Below are positions 1-9,600 of a DNA stretch of 64,000 bases, piece after piece. The notes under the pieces were generated by a model. That model searched no databases. It was not told the origin of the DNA and saw nothing but the letters and a program-made list of their open reading frames with translations. This DNA comes from Eledone cirrhosa (lineage: Eukaryota). The DNA lies in NCBI GenBank assembly GCA_964016885.1, contig OZ024752.1, forward strand, positions 43,400,001-43,464,000. Direction: 5' to 3'. The translations under genes and the position numbers were made by a program. Position 1 is the stretch's first letter. Each line of letters starts with the position of its first letter.

Positions 1-127
1 TTTACAAAGTGCTGTGATCAAAGTAGCTTTTAAGCAATTTCCTAACTAACAAACAACATCAACAAAATATATACAAATATCTTTGAATGTCAAGTCCACC
101 AAGAGAAAATAGTCATAATGTACTTAC

Positions 128-182
128 AGATACAATGCTAGGGACTCGCATCAATGAGTTTTAGTAGAAAATGACTGACTGA
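128..182 (-). other. Candidate exon C (55 nt) (every unit)
   Basis: Acceptor CTCTGTCCCTCAACAG, followed by further tandem CAGs, and donor TCT|GTAAGTA. Confidence 0.5.
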
Positions 183-441
183 CTGTTGAGGGACAGAGGT
201 GTGTTTTCAAATATTTATCAATTCACAACAAAGCCTCACAAAGCTACATCATAATGCAAACTCACAACACCCTTCTTATGCAACCTCACCAAGCAACCCC
301 ACAACACAACCTCACGTTCACAATTCACAACACTCAACAAGGCATTCGTTATCTAGGGTTTACAGTAAACATAGCGAGGTAAAACACACCCAGTACACTC
401 TGTAAAGTGGTCATTAGGTTAAGATTAAACTGAAATCATAC

Positions 442-519
442 CTCCATTGTCGTTGGCGTATATTTTCTCTAAAACTTAATTTCATTGCTTTCATTTCTAT
501 TCTTTTTCTTCTATTCCAT
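442..519 (-). other. Candidate exon B (78 nt, purine-rich) (every unit)
   Basis: Acceptor TTTTTTTCATATTTAG and donor GAG|GTATGA. One frame is open (WNRRKRIEMKAMKLSFRENIRQRQW). Confidence 0.55.
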
Positions 520-568
520 CTAAATATGAAAAAAATTATACAGGTCATTTCGTCTTATCAAGAGGTCC

Positions 569-602
<34 letters not shown>

Positions 603-613
603 CGAGATAATAC

Positions 614-688
614 CTTAAAATAATGGTAAAAAAAGTGTTTAATTACGAAAATCCTTTGAAATAACTTCCTCGCTCTTACTGGTCATAC
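614..688 (-). other. Candidate exon A (75 nt) of a spliced minus-strand cassette (every unit)
   Basis: Acceptor TGTTTTGTGTTTTGCAG and donor AAG|GTATTA. Stops occur in all three frames. Confidence 0.5.
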
Positions 689-723
689 CTGCAAAACACA
701 AAACACTAGGGTTACAGTGAAAA

Positions 724-756
724 GTGCAGTGCAGTGCAGTGCAGTGCAGTGCAGTG
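724..756. repeat. (GTGCA)n pentanucleotide microsatellite, copy number variable between units
   Basis: Read directly from the sequence; longer in units 5-8, shortest in unit 11. Confidence 0.95.
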
Positions 757-861
757 TAATTTAGTATGGTGCAGTTTAGTGGCACAGTACACTGTAAAAC
801 ATTTAGCCAATCTCTCAGACATTTACAAATCTTTCAAGATATATATATATATATATATATA

Positions 862-1350
862 TGGGAGAGAGAGAAATTACCCTCAGTAGATCAGACAGAG
901 GGACCAGCTATTGAGATTAACGAATATAGGGTCCAAGAGGCGATTAAGGAAATGAAAAATGGTGAGGCTGCTGGACCATCGGAGATAGTTGCTGAGATGC
1001 TGAAGGCCTCAGGGGACGTAGGCACTAAACTGGTTGCACACATCATCAATCAGGCTATATATGGCAGTGTCATACCCAAAGACTAGTGCAAAAGTAAAGG
1101 GGACGCTCTTGAGAGGAGAAATTATAGGGATATAAAACTGATGGATCAGGTTATGAAAGTGGCAGAAAGGATATTAGCACAACTAATTAGAGAAAGGGTC
1201 AAACTAGATGAGATGCAGTTTGGTTTTGTGCCTGGGAATAGTACAACAGATGCCCTCTTCTTGATGAGACAATTACAAGAGAGGTTCTTAGAGAAAAATA
1301 AGCCACTATACTTAGCCTTTGTTGACCTAGAGAAGGCCTTTGATAGGGGT
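862..1350 (+). mobile_element. RTE-clade LINE remnant, RT N-terminal part (present in every unit)
   Basis: Translates WEREKLPSVDQTEGPAI...AIKEMKNGEAAGPSEIVAEMLK...KGDALERRNYRGIKLMDQVMKV...QFGFVPGNSTTDA...LYLAFVDLEKAFDR. These are non-LTR RT motifs. There is a stop at 1084 with a deletion, and the match ends before YADD. Confidence 0.93.
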
Positions 1351-1527
1351 ACCCCGATCTGTCATCTTATTATTTAACCTATAAATGGGGCCCTAACAGG
1401 TACTACTACACCAGGCCAGAGCAGATCTGGGAGTTATGACAACTAAGGGGGTAACTCCACGTTCCCCACAGTTCCTCCTGAACTTGAGCCTTGCCACTGG
1501 ATGTAGTTTAATGTCATACCCAGGACA
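1351..1527 (+). mobile_element. SINE-like interspersed repeat fragment interrupting the RT (every unit)
   Basis: Non-RT sequence ccctaacaggtactac...gacctgggagt...gtttaatgtcatacccaggaca runs into (TA)n. A short related motif occurs at ~41620. Confidence 0.55.
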
Positions 1528-1599
1528 AATATATACATACATATATATATACATACACACATATATATATATATATATACATATATACAAATATATATA

Positions 1600-2069
1600 T
1601 GCGTACGAAAGTGTGGTTACATGATGCCTATGCGAGATGTGCGACCCTGCATGGTAGTGAGACATGGACAGCAACTGCAGAGGGTATGCGATGGCTGGAG
1701 AGAAATGAAGCAAGCACGCTCCGTTGGATGTGCAATGTCAATGTGCGGGAACGACCAAGCATAAACGAGTTGAGAGAGAAACTGTGTTTAAGAGGGATAA
1801 GTTGTGGTGTGCAAGAGGGGACTGAGATGGTATGGACATGTGATGCGCATGGAGGTTGAGCGCTGGGTAAAGAAGGGAGACGCAGTAGAGGAAGACCACG
1901 AAAAACATGGGTGGAGGTGGTGAGAGCCGACTTCAGATCGCTGAAACTCACCAAGGAGATGACGAAGGACCGTGACAAGTGAAGAGATGCTTTGCTCAAG
2001 AGGACCTGTCCCACCCTTTCAAGCAGGGAAAAGCGGACGTAAAATGATGAACAGACGATGATAATGATG
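1600..2069 (+). mobile_element. RTE-clade LINE C-terminus and 3' tail (every unit)
   Basis: LHGSETW...LERNEASTLRWMC...ELREKL...RGRPRKTWVEVVRADF, followed by a short 3' UTR ending in a (GAT)n-like tail typical of RTE elements. Confidence 0.88.
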
Positions 2070-2142
2070 CTCTCTATATATCTATCTCTCTATCAATCTA
2101 TCCAGATATCTGTGCATCAGTCTATCTATTTACCTATAAACA

Positions 2143-2393
2143 CCCTCCTCACTCCGTCTCAGGATCACCGAGACATCACCAACAACCAACCCACGCTGTG
2201 GGAAACAGTCCTCCCCGGGGCACACCCTGGTACTTCACACCATCTGTCTGTCTCGCTGCCTAACTACCGAGAAATCCGGCTTCTGTGCTTGCCTAATTTG
2301 TAGGTTATTAGGCAGTTGGCAGGTTTGCGGAAGTTGGTTTTGCAAATGGTTAAAACACTTGCATCACAAAATTCAAATAGCATCACTCCTTGT
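2143..2393 (-). mobile_element. Inverted RTE APE-endonuclease fragment (every unit)
   Basis: The reverse complement reads LFEFCDASVLTICKTNFRKPANCLITYKLGKH...RQRDRQMV...CPGEDCFPQRGLVVGDV. It is ~80% identical by hand alignment to 2664-2857. Confidence 0.9.
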
Positions 2394-2399
2394 TTTATC

Positions 2400-2518
2400 T
2401 TTCTCGTCTTTACCTAGGCCTGCATAAGTTAGTGTTACGGTTAGTGTTACTGTTAGCGTTACGGCTAGTTTTAGGGTTAATTGAGAGCAAGAAACTGCTG
2501 CTAGGTAAAGACAAGAAA
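2400..2518. mobile_element. Small inverted-repeat (MITE-like) element with degenerate TTAGGG-like hexamers (every unit)
   Basis: tttctcgtctttacctag (2400-2417) pairs with ctaggtaaagacaagaaa (2501-2518) at 17/18 positions. The interior reads TTAGTG TTACGG TTAGTG TTACTG TTAGCG TTACGG CTAGTT TTAGGG. Confidence 0.6.
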
Positions 2519-2559
2519 TTCTGCATTTACAAGCAATTTTTACAAACAGCCACAATGAC

Positions 2560-3345
2560 AGGACGGAGACATCGTTATGCTAGCAGGGGATTTCAATGGT
2601 CATGTTGGACAGCTCTACGATGGTTACACTGAGGTACATGTTGGGCACACTTACGGCTTAAGAAATGAAGCAGTGAAACTTCTTGAATTTTGCGATGCAA
2701 TTGCACTAACCATCTACAACACTAACTTACACAAATCTGCCAACCACCTAATAACCTACAAATCAGGCAAGCACATAAGCCAGATTGACTTCTTGCTAGT
2801 TAGGCAGCGGGACAGGCAGATGGTGTCAAATACAAAGGCATACCCCGGGGAAGAATGTACCCCAAGCAAGAGACTGAATGAGACATACAGGAAGGTGTGG
2901 AAAAAAGAAAGGTCTGGAAGCTAAAAGAGCTCTCACTAAAATACAAATTTAGGAAAGCCCTTCAATATGTGTATGATGAAAAAGAAGACGATTTAGAGTC
3001 GTACAACATAGATGATAACTGGAATTTCTTATGCGATACCTTACTGCAGGTTACTGATGAAACTTGTGGCTGGATCAGAGTTCCAACCAGACAGAGAGTG
3101 ACATGGTGGTGGGACAGCACGGTAGATCGGGCCATTGGAGACTAAAGACTAGCATGGAATGCTTGCAAAATTAGTGCGAGTAGAGAAGAATATACAGCCG
3201 CTAAGAGAGAAGCTAGACGTCAGGTGTACTTAGCATGCAAGGAGGCTGCTCGACGACGTGCGCTGTTCCGTACTGCAAGGCAGTGTGTCAGTGCAAATCG
3301 GGATTAAGTCTGTCCGCAATGATGCCGCTGTACTTTGTGTCACGA
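2560..3345 (+). mobile_element. RTE-clade LINE remnant, APE endonuclease and linker (every unit)
   Basis: MLAGDFNGHVG...LLEFC...ITYKSG...SQIDFLLVR, then RKVWKLK...TWWWDSTVDRAI...EYTAAKREARRQVYLA...VRNDAAVLCV. Frameshifts and stops are present. Confidence 0.93.
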
Positions 3346-3387
3346 ATGAGTGTTGATGAGTAGAAAAGAGGACAAAACTCTATTCCG

Positions 3388-3600
3388 TCAGGGAAATGGC
3401 CATGTTCGATATGCAGAAACGGAACTGGCATAAATTATATAAAACGTACGCAAAAGATCGAGTGCGATAGCAGGCACGTAGTGGGATAGCAGGCAAACTA
3501 ACAGCATATTTTGATTATAATAAAACAAATAATAATAGTAATAATAATAATAATCGTCATTGTTCTTTTCTTCTGTGCCTTTCTTTGCCTTCTCTGTCAT
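3388..3600 (-). other. Candidate exon D (3' end undefined; 3388 is the stop of its open frame)
   Basis: Strong acceptor TTCTTTTTTCTTTTTATTTTTGTTATTCAG|ATGACAGAG, 175 nt downstream of the exon C donor at 3775. Confidence 0.5.
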
Positions 3601-6600
3601 CTGAATAACAAAAATAAAAAGAAAAAAGAATCTTAAACATATGTTGCCTTTACAAAGTGCTGTGATCAAAGTAGCTTTTAAGCAATTTCCTAACTAACAA
3701 ACAACATCAACAAAATATATACAAATATCTTTGAATGTCAAGTCCACCAAGAGAAAATAGTCATAATGTACTTACAGATACAATGCTAGGGACTCGCATC
3801 AATGAGTTTTAGTAGAAAATGACTGACTGACTGTTGAGGGACAGAGGTGTGTTTTCAAATATTTATCAATTCACAACAAAGCCTCACAAAGCTACATCAT
3901 AATGCAAACTCACAACACCCTTCTTATGCAACCTCACCAAGCAACCCCACAACCCCACAACACAACCTCACGTTCACAATTCACAACACTCAACAAGGCA
4001 TTCGTTATCTAGGGTTTACAGTAAACATAGCGAGGTAAAACACACCCAGTACACTCTGTAAAGTGGTCATTAGGTTAAGATTAAACTGAAATCATACCTC
4101 CATTGTCGTTGGCGTATATTTTCTCTAAAACTTAATTTCATTGCTTTCATTTCTATTCTTTTTCTTCTATTCCATCTAAATATGAAAAAAATTATACAGG
4201 TCATTTCGTCTTATCAAGAGGTCCATTTAAAAAAAAAAAAAAAACCCGAGATAATACCTTAAAATAATGGTAAAAAAAGTGTTTAATTACGAAAATCCTT
4301 TGAAATAACTTCCTCGCTCTTACTGGTCATACCTGCAAAACACAAAACACTAGGGTTACAGTGAAAAGTGCAGTGCAGTGCAGTGCAGTGCAGTGCAGTG
4401 TAATTTAGTATGGTGCAGTTTAGTGGCACAGTACACTGTAAAACATTTAGCCAATCTCTCAGACATTTACAAATCTTTCAAGATATATATATATATATAT
4501 ATATATGGGAGAGAGAGAAATTACCCTCAGTAGATCAGACAGAGGGACCAGCTATTGAGATTAACGAATATAGGGTCCAAGAGGCGATTAAGGAAATGAA
4601 AAATGGTGAGGCTGCTGGACCATCGGAGATAGTTGCTGAGATGCTGAAGGCCTCAGGGGACGTAGGCACTAAACTGGTTGCACACATCATCAATCAGGCT
4701 ATATATGGCAGTGTCATACCCAAAGACTAGTGCAAAAGTAAAGGGGACGCTCTTGAGAGGAGAAATTATAGGGATATAAAACTGATGGATCAGGTTATGA
4801 AAGTGGCAGAAAGGATATTAGCACAACTAATTAGAGAAAGGGTCAAACTAGATGAGATGCAGTTTGGTTTTGTGCCTGGGAATAGTACAACAGATGCCCT
4901 CTTCTTGATGAGACAATTACAAGAGAGGTTCTTAGAGAAAAATAAGCCACTATACTTAGCCTTTGTTGACCTAGAGAAGGCCTTTGATAGGGGTACCCCG
5001 ATCTGTCATCTTATTATTTAACCTATAAATGGGGCCCTAACAGGTACTACTACACCAGGCCAGAGCAGATCTGGGAGTTATGACAACTAAGGGGGTAACT
5101 CCACGTTCCCCACAGTTCCTCCTGAACTTGAGCCTTGCCACTGGATGTAGTTTAATGTCATACCCAGGACAAATATATACATACATATATATATACATAC
5201 ACACATATATATATATATATATACATATATACAAATATATATATGCGTACGAAAGTGTGGTTACATGATGCCTATGCGAGATGTGCGACCCTGCATGGTA
5301 GTGAGACATGGACAGCAACTGCAGAGGGTATGCGATGGCTGGAGAGAAATGAAGCAAGCACGCTCCGTTGGATGTGCAATGTCAATGTGCGGGAACGACC
5401 AAGCATAAACGAGTTGAGAGAGAAACTGTGTTTAAGAGGGATAAGTTGTGGTGTGCAAGAGGGGACTGAGATGGTATGGACATGTGATGCGCATGGAGGT
5501 TGAGCGCTGGGTAAAGAAGGGAGACGCAGTAGAGGAAGACCACGAAAAACATGGGTGGAGGTGGTGAGAGCCGACTTCAGATCGCTGAAACTCACCAAGG
5601 AGATGACGAAGGACCGTGACAAGTGAAGAGATGCTTTGCTCAAGAGGACCTGTCCCACCCTTTCAAGCAGGGAAAAGCGGACGTAAAATGATGAACAGAC
5701 GATGATAATGATGCTCTCTATATATCTATCTCTCTATCAATCTATCCAGATATCTGTGCATCAGTCTATCTATTTACCTATAAACACCCTCCTCACTCCG
5801 TCTCAGGATCACCGAGACATCACCAACAACCAACCCACGCTGTGGGAAACAGTCCTCCCCGGGGCACACCCTGGTACTTCACACCATCTGTCTGTCTCGC
5901 TGCCTAACTACCGAGAAATCCGGCTTCTGTGCTTGCCTAATTTGTAGGTTATTAGGCAGTTGGCAGGTTTGCGGAAGTTGGTTTTGCAAATGGTTAAAAC
6001 ACTTGCATCACAAAATTCAAATAGCATCACTCCTTGTTTTATCTTTCTCGTCTTTACCTAGGCCTGCATAAGTTAGTGTTACGGTTAGTGTTACTGTTAG
6101 CGTTACGGCTAGTTTTAGGGTTAATTGAGAGCAAGAAACTGCTGCTAGGTAAAGACAAGAAATTCTGCATTTACAAGCAATTTTTACAAACAGCCACAAT
6201 GACAGGACGGAGACATCGTTATGCTAGCAGGGGATTTCAATGGTCATGTTGGACAGCTCTACGATGGTTACACTGAGGTACATGTTGGGCACACTTACGG
6301 CTTAAGAAATGAAGCAGTGAAACTTCTTGAATTTTGCGATGCAATTGCACTAACCATCTACAACACTAACTTACACAAATCTGCCAACCACCTAATAACC
6401 TACAAATCAGGCAAGCACATAAGCCAGATTGACTTCTTGCTAGTTAGGCAGCGGGACAGGCAGATGGTGTCAAATACAAAGGCATACCCCGGGGAAGAAT
6501 GTACCCCAAGCAAGAGACTGAATGAGACATACAGGAAGGTGTGGAAAAAAGAAAGGTCTGGAAGCTAAAAGAGCTCTCACTAAAATACAAATTTAGGAAA

Positions 6601-9600
6601 GCCCTTCAATATGTGTATGATGAAAAAGAAGACGATTTAGAGTCGTACAACATAGATGATAACTGGAATTTCTTATGCGATACCTTACTGCAGGTTACTG
6701 ATGAAACTTGTGGCTGGATCAGAGTTCCAACCAGACAGAGAGTGACATGGTGGTGGGACAGCACGGTAGATCGGGCCATTGGAGACTAAAGACTAGCATG
6801 GAATGCTTGCAAAATTAGTGCGAGTAGAGAAGAATATACAGCCGCTAAGAGAGAAGCTAGACGTCAGGTGTACTTAGCATGCAAGGAGGCTGCTCGACGA
6901 CGTGCGCTGTTCCGTACTGCAAGGCAGTGTGTCAGTGCAAATCGGGATTAAGTCTGTCCGCAATGATGCCGCTGTACTTTGTGTCACGAATGAGTGTTGA
7001 TGAGTAGAAAAGAGGACAAAACTCTATTCCGTCAGGGAAATGGCCATGTTCGATATGCAGAAACGGAACTGGCATAAATTATATAAAACGTACGCAAAAG
7101 ATCGAGTGCGATAGCAGGCACGTAGTGGGATAGCAGGCAAACTAACAGCATATTTTGATTATAATAAAACAAATAATAATAGTAATAATAATAATAATCG
7201 TCATTGTTCTTTTCTTCTGTGCCTTTCTTTGCCTTCTCTGTCATCTGAATAACAAAAATAAAAAGAAAAAAGAATCTTAAACATATGTTGCCTTTACAAA
7301 GTGCTGTGATCAAAGTAGCTTTTAAGCAATTTCCTAACTAACAAACAACATCAACAAAATATATACAAATATCTTTGAATGTCAAGTCCACCAAGAGAAA
7401 ATAGTCATAATGTACTTACAGATACAATGCTAGGGACTCGCATCAATGAGTTTTAGTAGAAAATGACTGACTGACTGTTGAGGGACAGAGGTGTGTTTTC
7501 AAATATTTATCAATTCACAACAAAGCCTCACAAAGCTACATCATAATGCAAACTCACAACACCCTTCTTATGCAACCTCACCAAGCAACCCCACAACACA
7601 ACCTCACGTTCACAATTCACAACACTCAACAAGGCATTCGTTATCTAGGGTTTACAGTAAACATAGCGAGGTAAAACACACCCAGTACACTCTGTAAAGT
7701 GGTCATTAGGTTAAGATTAAACTGAAATCATACCTCCATTGTCGTTGGCGTATATTTTCTCTAAAACTTAATTTCATTGCTTTCATTTCTATTCTTTTTC
7801 TTCTATTCCATCTAAATATGAAAAAAATTATACAGGTCATTTCGTCTTATCAAGAGGTCCATTTAAAAAAAAAAAAAAAACCCGAGATAATACCTTAAAA
7901 TAATGGTAAAAAAAGTGTTTAATTACGAAAATCCTTTGAAATAACTTCCTCGCTCTTACTGGTCATACCTGCAAAACACAAAACACTAGGGTTACAGTGA
8001 AAAGTGCAGTGCAGTGCAGTGCAGTGCAGTGCAGTGTAATTTAGTATGGTGCAGTTTAGTGGCACAGTACACTGTAAAACATTTAGCCAATCTCTCAGAC
8101 ATTTACAAATCTTTCAAGATATATATATATATATATATATATGGGAGAGAGAGAAATTACCCTCAGTAGATCAGACAGAGGGACCAGCTATTGAGATTAA
8201 CGAATATAGGGTCCAAGAGGCGATTAAGGAAATGAAAAATGGTGAGGCTGCTGGACCATCGGAGATAGTTGCTGAGATGCTGAAGGCCTCAGGGGACGTA
8301 GGCACTAAACTGGTTGCACACATCATCAATCAGGCTATATATGGCAGTGTCATACCCAAAGACTAGTGCAAAAGTAAAGGGGACGCTCTTGAGAGGAGAA
8401 ATTATAGGGATATAAAACTGATGGATCAGGTTATGAAAGTGGCAGAAAGGATATTAGCACAACTAATTAGAGAAAGGGTCAAACTAGATGAGATGCAGTT
8501 TGGTTTTGTGCCTGGGAATAGTACAACAGATGCCCTCTTCTTGATGAGACAATTACAAGAGAGGTTCTTAGAGAAAAATAAGCCACTATACTTAGCCTTT
8601 GTTGACCTAGAGAAGGCCTTTGATAGGGGTACCCCGATCTGTCATCTTATTATTTAACCTATAAATGGGGCCCTAACAGGTACTACTACACCAGGCCAGA
8701 GCAGATCTGGGAGTTATGACAACTAAGGGGGTAACTCCACGTTCCCCACAGTTCCTCCTGAACTTGAGCCTTGCCACTGGATGTAGTTTAATGTCATACC
8801 CAGGACAAATATATACATACATATATATATACATACACACATATATATATATATATATACATATATACAAATATATATATGCGTACGAAAGTGTGGTTAC
8901 ATGATGCCTATGCGAGATGTGCGACCCTGCATGGTAGTGAGACATGGACAGCAACTGCAGAGGGTATGCGATGGCTGGAGAGAAATGAAGCAAGCACGCT
9001 CCGTTGGATGTGCAATGTCAATGTGCGGGAACGACCAAGCATAAACGAGTTGAGAGAGAAACTGTGTTTAAGAGGGATAAGTTGTGGTGTGCAAGAGGGG
9101 ACTGAGATGGTATGGACATGTGATGCGCATGGAGGTTGAGCGCTGGGTAAAGAAGGGAGACGCAGTAGAGGAAGACCACGAAAAACATGGGTGGAGGTGG
9201 TGAGAGCCGACTTCAGATCGCTGAAACTCACCAAGGAGATGACGAAGGACCGTGACAAGTGAAGAGATGCTTTGCTCAAGAGGACCTGTCCCACCCTTTC
9301 AAGCAGGGAAAAGCGGACGTAAAATGATGAACAGACGATGATAATGATGCTCTCTATATATCTATCTCTCTATCAATCTATCCAGATATCTGTGCATCAG
9401 TCTATCTATTTACCTATAAACACCCTCCTCACTCCGTCTCAGGATCACCGAGACATCACCAACAACCAACCCACGCTGTGGGAAACAGTCCTCCCCGGGG
9501 CACACCCTGGTACTTCACACCATCTGTCTGTCTCGCTGCCTAACTACCGAGAAATCCGGCTTCTGTGCTTGCCTAATTTGTAGGTTATTAGGCAGTTGGC

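Noticed and set aside
1393-1713. ORFs with YIYIYI tracts (also 48756-49055 and 54423-54905)
   Set aside because: These are translations of (TA)n microsatellites.
766-3145. Active or domesticated reverse transcriptase gene
   Set aside because: Fragmented by stops, frameshifts and deletions, and the YADD core is absent.
3350-3430. Hammerhead ribozyme inside the unit (ttgatgag...gaaac), also ttgataa-gac-gaaa on the minus strand at ~545-565
   Set aside because: The core is not CUGAnGA, and stems I and III cannot be formed.
1-3648. snRNA, 5S rRNA, tRNA or histone gene as cargo of the tandem unit
   Set aside because: I found no U1, U2, U6, 5S or tRNA signature and no histone peptide on either strand. 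gatcaaagt near position 17 resembles U2 only trivially.
3602-3775. Intronic H/ACA or C/D snoRNA in the C-D intron
   Set aside because: A weak hairpin followed by ACA exists, but there is no properly placed H box or 5' hairpin and no C/D boxes.
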